Position numbers and translations under genes: made by a program. Positions 52,155-61,237 of a stretch of 64,000 nt of DNA are shown piece by piece. The stretch's first letter is position 1. Each line of letters begins with the position of its first letter. The notes under the pieces were generated by a model that was not told where the DNA came from, did no database searches, and was given only the letters and a program-made list of their open reading frames with translations. This DNA comes from a virus (taxonomy: Duplodnaviria > Caudoviricetes), in the IMG/VR virus record IMGVR_UViG_3300021431_000092, positions 37,738-101,737 of that record. One strand, given 5' to 3'.

Positions 52155-53221
52155 CATGCGGCATAAATAACGGCGATAGACTCGGAACGTAAATACTATG
52201 CACATAGTCTATAAATATGTTTCTAAAAATTTTAATTTACATAAAGTCATACGCTATGCCACATCCGTCAAGCGGCACAACTCTACCGCCGCATGACGTA
52301 TAATCAGAGCTTGCGAGCCACCACATTTAAGGTGCCGGTTTCCATATCATGTATGGCTTTCCGGAATGTCGACTGCTCACGATTATCGCTGTGTCCGCGC
52401 TTATACCGCAATGCTATGCGGCATTTTGAAGAAGCATAAAGAAAACCGGCAGGGCGTTTTGCTCTGCCGGTTCTCTCTTTGCATTTTACATCTCAATGAT
52501 TCGATTTTCAAATTCATTTGCCGAGATACCTTTGTCATAATCTGAAAAGTTAGGAATATCCGTGATAATGATATGAGTTGCGTTTGCGGCTTCTGCCGGT
52601 TCGTATGCGTTCGATGCAGTTTGCTTGTGGTATCTCCACGGCGGAGTATTTACGCCGTTGATTACAGAAATGTGATATCCGTAATCGTTTTCGCCCGTAT
52701 CGCCTTTAATAAGCTGCTCTGCTGTTGCTGTAAGTGCGATCTCTCTTTGCGTTTTCCAGTTTGCCATTTTCCATACCTCCTTTTATGTTCCGGCAGAGGA
52801 TTGCCCCTGCCGGTTCTTTTTTTTATTCGTTTATCATGCTTGATACGGCTGATGCGAACCATTTAGAAGATGGAACATCTTTATGCTGTTTGATGTAATC
52901 ATCAAGTTTCAGCGTCTTGACTGCCTTGCCGTCATTGAACAGCGTATAAACATAACCGTCAAGCGCTGTCCATCTTTCGACTGCTGTCAGATGCTTGTCC
53001 ACATCGTGCTCGGATTCGATGTTTGTGATTGTCTGCTCTGCGGTCTGGTTTGTGCTGTGACCGTTTCGCTTAGCGATTGTTGTATCAAGCGTAATGTGTT
53101 CGATGATTTCAGAACTATTGACATCCACAAGGAACATATCTGTGCAATAGTCATTATAGCTGTACGGGCATTTTTTCAACCAAATTTTCATTTCCCTTAC
53201 CTCCTGCCTATCGGTATCTTT

Positions 53222-53250
53222 ATTGTATCATACCGGAGAGGGTTTGTCAA
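53222..53250 (-). promoter_or_regulatory. sigmaA promoter of a two-gene moron (52823-53191, 52486-52767)
   Basis: TTGACA-17 nt-TACAAT; each gene is followed by a CCGGCAG..CTGCCGG hairpin. Confidence 0.75.
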
Positions 53251-53285
53251 GCCATCTTTCCAGTTTTTACCATAGAAGTATTGTT

Positions 53286-53525
53286 TTATTCGAACTCACC
53301 AAACATATTGTCGAGTTCCGAGCCATCAACATTTGGTTCATCGAGTCCAGACTCTTTCAGATCAAAGTACCGTTCATTAACAGTCCATCCTCCGGGATTT
53401 ACACATATCATCCCGTCCGAAAGTACGTCAATAACCTCCCATTCTGTACCAGTTCTGGTGACAGAGTAATGCTCGCTTGCATATCTGTTGCCAATAATGA
53501 TATCACCTACATGAAACATAATCAC
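53286..53525 (-). CDS. SH3/KOW-like small protein with ELD tag
   Basis: FHVGDII...; ends VDGSELDNMFGEFE. Confidence 0.6.
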   Translation of the reverse strand: MIMFHVGDIIIGNRYASEHYSVTRTGTEWEVIDVLSDGMICVNPGGWTVNERYFDLKESGLDEPNVDGSELDNMFGEFE

Positions 53526-53566
53526 TCCTCCTTAAAATCATCTTGGATTATTTGGTTTATTATAGA

Positions 53567-53639
53567 AGCCGAAGGGCGGACTTGAACCGCCGACGCAGAG
53601 GTTAACTGCCTCCCGCTCTACCAACTGAGCTACTTCGGC
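53567..53639 (-). tRNA. tRNA with GUU (Asn) anticodon, atypical A33 and U73
   Basis: GCCGAAG/CUUCGGC acceptor, canonical D and T arms, loop CAGUUAA. Confidence 0.75.
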
Positions 53640-53692
53640 TACGGACTACACCGAGTCAGAGTCGGCTGCCCGTAATCCTCTAGCGAAAATCT

Positions 53693-53775
53693 GTGTAACA
53701 GCAAGATTTGAACCTTCATAGAACTACCTGTCAACGGTTTACGACCTAGCGTCTGCCATATTCCGCCATGCTACA
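53693..53775 (-). tRNA. degenerate class II (Leu/Tyr-like) pseudo-tRNA
   Basis: UGUAGCA/UGUUACA acceptor, GGCGGAAUAUGGCAGACGC D arm, GGUUCAAAUC; anticodon arm disrupted. Confidence 0.45.
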
Positions 53776-53804
53776 CAGAAACGGGATCTTATATGTGCTT
53801 CTTT

Positions 53805-53878
53805 TAGGCTTGGGCGGAGATCGAACCGCCGTCCCCTCTCCCCAGAAAGGAATTCTACCGTTGAACTACGCAAACCCA
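53805..53878 (-). tRNA. pseudo-tRNA (Gly-like body, GGG anticodon)
   Basis: GUAGUUCAACGGUAGAA D arm, GGCGG/CCGCC T stem with 8-nt loop, irregular acceptor junction. Confidence 0.5.
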
Positions 53879-53917
53879 CACATTTTAATCCTTCGCAGAG
53901 TATCATAACGCCCTACT

Positions 53918-53989
53918 ACCGAGGGAACGGATTTGAACCGATGTCTCAGCCCTCAAATGGCTGAATTCTTACCCCTAAACTACCCTCGT
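53918..53989 (-). tRNA. tRNA-Gln(UUG)-like
   Basis: CGAGGG/CCCUCG acceptor with 1:72 mismatch, CAGCC-AUUUGAG-GGCUG anticodon arm. Confidence 0.65.
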
Positions 53990-54009
53990 TTCAGGCATTA
54001 TTTGTGAAG

Positions 54010-54693
54010 TTATCCATCAAACTCGTCAAGGAACAGATTCGGCCCGTCGAAGTTATACTGGATAAACTTCTTTAGACCCTGTCCTTTTGTGAAATTGATG
54101 AAGTTGGATGTACCGAAACCGCAGATAATTCTAACGGTCTGACACACGCCCAACGTCACGCCGCATGCAGATACCGGAGTTTCATCTGCCGCTTCTTCAT
54201 GGCTGAACTGCATTGTAGACAAAAGATACTTTTTATTATCCTCTTTGCTCCAGTCGGCAGCGTAATGCTGAGCGCCTGTCAACAGTGTACGGAAGTCAAA
54301 CACCGCTTTAACGAACTTCGAAGGTATATGCTTTTCGACAAAATCCCTTCTTACTTCGATACTGTCGACGCAGAGGAACACATATCCGGATAGGAGTTTA
54401 CCCTGCCAGCCTTTTGGTTCAAGTTTCACATCTTTGCAGTCCGGATTAATTTCGCAGAGGATGTCCTTGAGCGCCTCGACCTTGCTCATACCGATATGCT
54501 TTTGTGTGAACATCTGGTTTGCAAGATTATGAGGTTCTACCTCATCAAAATCATAGAGCACAAAGTTTGTCAGGCCGCATCTTGCGAGATTTTCGGCGAC
54601 AGTCGATCCAACAGAACCACATCCGATGATGTGGATCTTTTGTTCGACTTTATCGGGCTGGAAATAGTCATAGAATTTTGCCGTACTAATCAT
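54010..54693 (-). CDS. E1/ThiF-family adenylating enzyme
   Basis: IIGCGSVGS, DFDEVEPHNLANQ, K..AL, CVDS, candidate catalytic TPVSACG. Confidence 0.9.
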   Translation of the reverse strand: MISTAKFYDYFQPDKVEQKIHIIGCGSVGSTVAENLARCGLTNFVLYDFDEVEPHNLANQMFTQKHIGMSKVEALKDILCEINPDCKDVKLEPKGWQGKLLSGYVFLCVDSIEVRRDFVEKHIPSKFVKAVFDFRTLLTGAQHYAADWSKEDNKKYLLSTMQFSHEEAADETPVSACGVTLGVCQTVRIICGFGTSNFINFTKGQGLKKFIQYNFDGPNLFLDEFDG

Positions 54694-54694
54694 C

Positions 54695-55162
54695 TTATGC
54701 CTCCTTCAACTCATGTACTTCGAAGCCGGACAACTCATCAAAACTCATACCCTCGTCGAGTTCAGGCTGTTGAGGATCTTCGTACACATATTCATCATCG
54801 CAGGTATCGTCGTCATCGTCATCGTCTTCCCATGCGTCATCCCATGCACCACGTTCATCCATGATTTCAACGACTTCCTGTTTCAGCCTGTCAAGATCTT
54901 CTTCTTCACACGGGGTATAATCGAAATATCCCTCTCGCAAAAAGAAGTCACATGCCGGCTTTTCGAGTCCGCTCAACGTGTCTCTGCAATCCTCCCAACT
55001 GCCCCAATCGCGATTATCAAAATTATCAAAATCAGATTGGACTTCATCGCTCCAGTCGTCATAATCAAAGTAGTCGTCCGTTACGTAAATATTTTCATTC
55101 TGACAGAAATCACGCAGCTCCCAGAACTGCGTGATACTATCCCAAAACTCCTCTCTTGTCAT
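54695..55162 (-). CDS. very acidic hypothetical protein within the Ubl operon
   Basis: Asp/Glu-rich including a poly-Asp run; tightly coupled to E1. Confidence 0.6.
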   Translation of the reverse strand: MTREEFWDSITQFWELRDFCQNENIYVTDDYFDYDDWSDEVQSDFDNFDNRDWGSWEDCRDTLSGLEKPACDFFLREGYFDYTPCEEEDLDRLKQEVVEIMDERGAWDDAWEDDDDDDDTCDDEYVYEDPQQPELDEGMSFDELSGFEVHELKEA

Positions 55163-55174
55163 ACGAACACCTCC

Positions 55175-56059
55175 TTAATAGTATTCGTCATAGCCGTAGC
55201 TCCACGCTCCATTAGCGTAGTGATATCCCGAATCGACTCCGTCAGCTCTCACCCCTGCTTTTACAGGTTCAGGACTGACTGCTGCTGCGGCGGTCTGCAC
55301 GGCAGATTTGCCAGATTTTGTCAAAGTAGGCTTTGCAGATGATTTTGTCGCAGACTGTGTGGATGCGGTTGTCTTTGTTCCCCAGTATGTAGAACCATAT
55401 CCGCTCTGGTAGCTATATGATTTTTTTGTAATCATCTTCTTTGCATCTTCCATGAGCTTGAGAAATCCCACACTGTCGTCCTGAATCACCTTAACATCAA
55501 CATCGCTGTTCTCGAAAAGTGTGTTTGCCGCCATATCATAGATCATGACCGTTCTCTGGTTTGACTTATTCCAGATCACGAATATATAAAACATGCTATG
55601 ATCGAGCTGGGCAACGAGGCTCTGCTGATGGTCGAGGTCTGTGGCAGACGGAGACGTAGCCATATTCACATGGCTGTGCCCCTGAAACTTCAGGTTATTG
55701 AATGTATCGTCGTCCAGAGAGTACAGCCATTCCTGATACTTCGTCTGGTCTGTGTTTACGGTCGCCCCAGATACTTCCTGCGGGTACACAAGGATGTCCG
55801 TGACAACAAAATTGCTCTCGCCGTCTTTAATTCTCTTTACAACACCGTGCCATGCAGCTTCGGTGTCGTATACTGCCACAAGATACTGCATTTTCGCCCA
55901 TGCAGTTTCTGTAAAGAACAGTGTTGCCCTAGACTCAACCTTTGCGAACTTCGGCTGATATGTTGCTTTATCAAAAGTCGTAAGGCCACGAATCCATTTG
56001 CCGAAATCTTCCATGATACTTGCGATCGCACCTTCGTCGATCTTAACTCTCTTCGCCAT
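55175..56059 (-). CDS. JAB/MPN metallopeptidase
   Basis: Upstream Glu (TEAAW), YPQ, GHSHVNMATSPSATD = HxH-x7-S-x2-D. Confidence 0.88.
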   Translation of the reverse strand: MAKRVKIDEGAIASIMEDFGKWIRGLTTFDKATYQPKFAKVESRATLFFTETAWAKMQYLVAVYDTEAAWHGVVKRIKDGESNFVVTDILVYPQEVSGATVNTDQTKYQEWLYSLDDDTFNNLKFQGHSHVNMATSPSATDLDHQQSLVAQLDHSMFYIFVIWNKSNQRTVMIYDMAANTLFENSDVDVKVIQDDSVGFLKLMEDAKKMITKKSYSYQSGYGSTYWGTKTTASTQSATKSSAKPTLTKSGKSAVQTAAAAVSPEPVKAGVRADGVDSGYHYANGAWSYGYDEYY

Positions 56060-57485
56060 CATGTTCCTCCTCTTCTGCGGACTCGCCGCCATTCAGATAC
56101 TTGACTGCATCTACTGGAGTCGCCTCCGTCCCGTCAGGGAGTAGAATACACTTTTTATCTGTCTCATACATGAGCTGACACCACTTTTCAAGCACTGTGG
56201 TATCATGCAAGTTGAATGACTGCGCAGATACTACGCACTGCTCCATGATGCCGATGTAGTTGTGATCCTGCATCATTCGATTCAAAACCTGTCGATAGTC
56301 ACCGAGGCAACTATACTGGTCAATATGTGTATTGGGGAAATAATTGAGCGCAGCAGAGCTATACTCTGCACGATCGACGCCATACACAGTGCGATCGGAG
56401 ATTGAGATTTTATACTGCGCACAGAACCGCAGTTTTACGCTTTGATCTACAAAAATCGCTTTGAAAAGCTTCGCGAAATCATCGCTCTTCATTCGAGGAC
56501 GGCTCCCGCGAGCCGTGTAGACATACGAATGTTTATTCCCCAGAAGCGTCTCAGCCATGTCTTCGTCCCAATACATGACTGTCGTGAGAACCTCAAATGT
56601 GAGATTGCTGCCGGAACGAGCTGTCATCCTTACTCGACCTTTGTTTTCGATGAAGTAATCACGAAGCTCATTTTCGTTTTCGTCATTGATTCTTGTCGCA
56701 AGACCAATCTCTCTTGTTCTCTCCTCTTCGACATCGCGGAGACACGAGTCTATTCTCCTCTGATGCTCATCGATATTTTCCATTAACGACTTGATACGCT
56801 TTCTTGAATCGTCGAGCGCGCCTTTCATCCACTCAGACTCAAACCCAGTAAGAGCTTCAAGCTTCATTGAGTAAAAGTCAAACTGAGATTCGAAAGCCGC
56901 CAGCGCCTCCGTAAAGTCATTACATCTATTCTTTCTGAGGCTCATCAGCAACGAGCGTTCTTCTGCGGTAAGCCCCTTTTCCTTCGGAAAATACCACGGA
57001 AGAAATGCTGCAAGAGAGCATGTGATGTAATGCATGCGAACGATGTCAAGCCGCCCGATAACAAGGATGCAGGATTTAATATCCTCATTCACGAAACAGC
57101 AGAGCTGGAAACTGCTCTCAAAGAATTTTGTCATTCTCTCGATCCGTGTCCACCCGCTGTATCTTTTGCAGAAGTTATCAATGAGCAGCGAAGGAAGCTC
57201 CGGCATCCTGCTCATGTTGATGACTGTGAGTGTGTTGCTGCAATCAGGAATATCTCCATAAACAACTCCCATTACTGTCTGTTCGCTGCTGTCTTCTATT
57301 GCGGATTTCGAATAGTCCTTTTCTCTATATCTAATATACAGAGATTCATCTCCCATTCTTGACGGGAGAATGGCACGAAGCACAGACTTCAATACCGTAT
57401 CGTATACGTCTTCGCCTGTAATTTTGAATGATCCTTCTACGTCCGGATCTGTGAATGCTGTTTGTCGGATTCTATCAGGAAACAT
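56043..57485 (-). CDS. coiled-coil protein with C-terminal prokaryotic E2-like domain
   Basis: ATG at 57485 with GAGGAGG RBS; central coiled coil; FPNTHIDQYSCLGDY resembles the E2 catalytic region. Confidence 0.65.
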   Translation of the reverse strand: MFPDRIRQTAFTDPDVEGSFKITGEDVYDTVLKSVLRAILPSRMGDESLYIRYREKDYSKSAIEDSSEQTVMGVVYGDIPDCSNTLTVINMSRMPELPSLLIDNFCKRYSGWTRIERMTKFFESSFQLCCFVNEDIKSCILVIGRLDIVRMHYITCSLAAFLPWYFPKEKGLTAEERSLLMSLRKNRCNDFTEALAAFESQFDFYSMKLEALTGFESEWMKGALDDSRKRIKSLMENIDEHQRRIDSCLRDVEEERTREIGLATRINDENENELRDYFIENKGRVRMTARSGSNLTFEVLTTVMYWDEDMAETLLGNKHSYVYTARGSRPRMKSDDFAKLFKAIFVDQSVKLRFCAQYKISISDRTVYGVDRAEYSSAALNYFPNTHIDQYSCLGDYRQVLNRMMQDHNYIGIMEQCVVSAQSFNLHDTTVLEKWCQLMYETDKKCILLPDGTEATPVDAVKYLNGGESAEEEEHDGEES

Positions 57486-57516
57486 ATCACATTCCTCCTC
57501 TAAAATATTGGTTTTA

Positions 57517-57559
57517 TGGTAGCCGTCTGCCGGAGTCGAACCGGCGATCCCTTGACGGC
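57517..57559 (-). ncRNA. mini tRNA-like element (acceptor + T arm + CCA)
   Basis: GCCGUC-AAGGGAUC-GCCGG-UUCGACU-CCGGC-A-GACGGC-UACCA. Confidence 0.55.
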
Positions 57560-57590
57560 AAAAACCCCGCTGATGGGGGACAGCGGGGTT
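57560..57590 (-). terminator. terminator-like hairpin between Ubl and E2-like genes
   Basis: AACCCCGCTG/CAGCGGGGTT 10-bp stem ending in a U5 run on the - strand. Confidence 0.55.
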
Positions 57591-57752
57591 GGTTTCAGGT
57601 TTCATTTATGCGGCTCGGTACGAAGCTTCGCATAAATATCGGATAAGAGGAACACCTTCTCATGGCTCGGAAGGCGCGGATCGCTTACGATATGCCTGAC
57701 CAGCTTTTCGCTTGCACCGCGAGCAATCAGCGCCGCGCCGATCTGCCTGAGT

Positions 57753-57986
57753 TTACTGACCGGCATTGTCTGCCTTTACCACGTTCAGCAGAGTAGCCTT
57801 CTCAGTAATACCCAGTTCTGCGAAGCTCTTATCGAGTTCGCCGCGCTGGAGCGGAGCGCCGTCAAGAGTTGTGACGCCGATACCATAATCGATTTCCTGC
57901 TCTTCGAGGAGCTGACGCGGTGTCTTTGCATCGTCGACCATCACTGTGTTTCTCTTCATATTGTTTCCAACTTTAATCATCAACAT
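57753..57986 (-). CDS. ubiquitin-like (beta-grasp) small protein
   Basis: 77 aa; T.RQLLE, LDG..L...LDKSF.ELGI....L pattern; C-terminus KADNAGQ; heads the E2-JAB-E1 cluster. Confidence 0.75.
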   Translation of the reverse strand: MLMIKVGNNMKRNTVMVDDAKTPRQLLEEQEIDYGIGVTTLDGAPLQRGELDKSFAELGITEKATLLNVVKADNAGQ

Positions 57987-58152
57987 AATAATTCTCCTTT
58001 TTCACTGTGTGGCTTTGCCACTTTGATTTATGTAAACCGGACTTTCCGGCTACATTCGAATGAACCGCCGCCGAATTTGGTTGCATCGGCGGCGGCGCCG
58101 TGATACTGCGGCTATGTAACCGCATCGGTTGCGGCTTTATGCCGCTGTCGAA

Positions 58153-58557
58153 TTACTCTACTTCGATTGCAGAGACGACGGCTGCCTTGCGAGCTGCGAT
58201 TTCCTCAATGACTGCCGGAAGTGCCTCTTCGATCAGGTTGAGGTTTGTGATTGCAATGCCGAACTTGTCAGCGACTTCTTCCTTCAGCTCTCCTCCCGTA
58301 GCGTCGCTACGGAAACCAATTGTAAGTGTTGCGTAACCATTGCCGTCGCGGCTCACACCGTCAAACGAAACGCCGACGTTGTTGATCTTACCAGTGCCGT
58401 CAGTCATGCCGATTGCGAAGAACGGAACCGTTTCATTACCATCCTTCTTTGTCAGGACGAGGGATTCCGGACGGTACTTCGCCGCGAGGCGAATGTCCTC
58501 TGCCTTAATTGCGGATGTGAGAATTGCTGCGTTACCTACGATCTGAATCTTTGCCAT
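58153..58557 (-). CDS. hypothetical protein upstream of Ubl
   Basis: 134 aa with strong RBS. Confidence 0.6.
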   Translation of the reverse strand: MAKIQIVGNAAILTSAIKAEDIRLAAKYRPESLVLTKKDGNETVPFFAIGMTDGTGKINNVGVSFDGVSRDGNGYATLTIGFRSDATGGELKEEVADKFGIAITNLNLIEEALPAVIEEIAARKAAVVSAIEVE

Positions 58558-58598
58558 AATAATTTACCTCCAAAGGTTTATTAAAATTTCACCATCTC

Positions 58599-58818
58599 GC
58601 TCCGGTCGATACGAAATCTAGAAACCATACTTTCAATCATGCCTACTTGGCTAAAGTGTTTCTGATTTGCAGCCAGACGATTTGGCGTTTGGGATAAGAC
58701 TGATACGCTCAATCTTTCAGAAGCGTTCCCGAAATCGACCCGCACCACAGGAGTGAGGCGGTGCGGGCATCTCGGAGCACTTAGGCTGTGGGAAAACCAA
58801 TAAAACCACAGTCAGTGC
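58599..58818. ncRNA. candidate multibranched RNA / structured leader
   Basis: GCTCCG/CGGAGC, GGTCGAT/ATCGACC, CCCGCACC/GGTGCGGG, GGCTGTGG/CCACAGTC stems. Confidence 0.4.
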
Positions 58819-58825
58819 AGAATTG

Positions 58826-59401
58826 TCATTCTGTTGTTGTTTTCATGGAATCCCCTTTTGCAAGAGATCCGTATGGATATTCGCTAAAGAATTGTTTGCC
58901 ATCTTCACCGACTAAGTACATCGGACGGTAAAGCGGAAGTTTATATTGTTTTCCAATTATATCGCAAAGAACCTCCTTTGCCGTGCTGACAGCCTTCTTG
59001 AACGCATCGTCGTCCACTTTGAGCCAATCAGCGCCGAGCATATCGGATATTGCATTGCTTATGATATCATCGAGTTCCGCCTCGCGCTCTTGAATATCGT
59101 ATTCTTCTGCGGCACTTTCGTCAATTTCTGTCACCTCAAGATCGTCATACTCGATACCAATATCGCTCAACGCGATCATATATTGTTCCATAGCATCGGT
59201 TTTGTTTATTGCCTCATATTCGTGCATCGGTTCTTCGCCGCAGAACACAGTGAATGTAGGGAGACCGTCATCATTTGTTATCCACACACTCCAGTTGTCT
59301 GACTGAGCGCATCTGTGATGCGCTTGTTCTAATTTCACTGCATTCTTTTCGAAGTATTCCCAGATTTCATCCGGAGATACTACGACCTCTTCGAATCCCA
59401 T
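58826..59401 (-). CDS. hypothetical acidic protein
   Basis: 191 aa ORF with GGAGG RBS. Confidence 0.55.
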   Translation of the reverse strand: MGFEEVVVSPDEIWEYFEKNAVKLEQAHHRCAQSDNWSVWITNDDGLPTFTVFCGEEPMHEYEAINKTDAMEQYMIALSDIGIEYDDLEVTEIDESAAEEYDIQEREAELDDIISNAISDMLGADWLKVDDDAFKKAVSTAKEVLCDIIGKQYKLPLYRPMYLVGEDGKQFFSEYPYGSLAKGDSMKTTTE

Positions 59402-61237
59402 TCAAAACCGCACCTCCTTACACAAAGATTAGCATTAGTATGAACGCAATGACTGCGGTTATTGCATAGCAAACCGCGTTTTTTTCGTAATTGTTCAACC
59501 AGAACACTCCTTTTTAATTAATATTTTGGTATGACACTAGCGTGATTTTCTTAGACCTCCTTGCCTTTTGAACGAACAGCCGACATCTGTACGCTGAATC
59601 GAAATTTAGCGAAACTCTGTCGCCGCGTTCATTTATGAACTTTACGACATACACCGTGTTCACCACCAGTCGCATTATTAATTGCATCGGCGATAAATCC
59701 GCCAACCATAAAGAAAACGAGGACTGCAACGAGGACTGCGAGGAGGACTGCAACTTCAGCCATAGCACACCTCCTCTGGGATCATCGCCTGATGGCCTGA
59801 TCCCCACCTCGCTGAAATTCTTTTCGATCCCAAACATCCGCTGATTGTGAGATCTTCGACATATGCTTTGAACGCTCCGTCTTCATTCACGAAAACCGGA
59901 TTAACTTTCTGGTCGTATCGCGCAAGAACGCATTTGACCATCTTTTTGAAAATATGGAAACTCATTTTATCACTCCTTAGATTTGTTTTGGTTTTGGGCT
60001 GATTAGCTCAAACAAACCGCTCATACCTCGCGGCGTATGAGCGGTTATTTTCAACCAACCAATAAAGCAGTTGCCGATAAATCCGGCGCACCAACTGCGC
60101 TGCCATATTAGGCGGATGCGGTACGCCGGATAACGGAACCCGGCTTTTTGGGGCGGGAAAAGCCGGAAACCCTATCGCAATCGCCCCTTCATACCATAAC
60201 ACACCGGATGATATTCAGGAACCATTGCGATCTTCTGCGCCGAATCGCTGGGTTCTGTAGGAAATACCACATAACCGTACCTCCATACGGTCACGCCGTC
60301 GAACCGAACCCACATCAGCGGATCGCAAGGCTCATACCACATTTAGAATAAACCTCCTTTATGAGATTACATGCAATTTACACCAGACTCTTTCAGAATC
60401 CAGTGCCATAGCGTATCGGCATATACGCCGACCGAACCGCACACTTGAATCATCGCACCCCGCATAAGCGGATCTGCGGCAATATTGTTACAAACTGCGA
60501 TTACGTCATCGCGGTTTGGCACAGAACCCCATTCCTTAAGAAAGGTCTGCGCTTCATTGCGCCAATTGAGACTCGTCTTTTCCATCGGCTATACCTCCGT
60601 TGATTACCGTATTTAAGATACGGCAGAGCGCGGCAAAACTGCGCACACTATAGTCATAGCGGATTGCACCGAATAAATCCGGAGCGAGATCGCGGAGACC
60701 GCTCAGATAGTAGTCCCCTAATTTGCCATCGAGTACGGAGCAGTGCTTTTTGAATTCTTCAAAATCTACACCAATACTGGAACAGTTTTTGAGAACCGCA
60801 CCGCCGAATGCATCCATTATGAGTTGTTCGTCAGGGATGGAAGCAAACATATTTGACATGATGCGCTCTGCCATATCGAGCCCTCCTTTCGTATTATTTA
60901 GACGATATTACCGAACATCGCCGAGCCATTCGATAGCGTCGCAGACAGCGGAATAAACCGCTTCAAACTCAGATACCGCATCAGCTCCTCCGATACATTC
61001 CTCAAAATCCACCTCTTTGCGATAGTCATACATTCTGTCTGCAATGAATCCGAGAATAGACCTTGATAACGGAATAACCTTATCCATACCATGATCGACA
61101 TCTGACAGGATAATTTCTGCTTTTCTAGGAACCGCCATAGCAATACTCCTTTTCAATGTATTTTGAAAACCGCGCTCATGCGCTCAATGAAACCGCCCAT
61201 ACCATGATGGGCGGTTCGATCAGCGTATGAAACCGCA

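Noticed and set aside
52160-52440. Third copy of the retron-like ncRNA
   Set aside because: Has some hairpins but lacks the CAAUGAAAU, UCUGCGCC and GAUGAAAGA blocks; too weak to call by eye
57486-57605. N-terminal 40 aa of the listed 520-aa ORF
   Set aside because: Overlaps the hairpin and mini-tRNA; a strong RBS supports the start at 57485
57517-57760. tmRNA
   Set aside because: No GGGG 5' end or G3.U70 alanine identity; the acceptor-like stem closes locally within 43 nt
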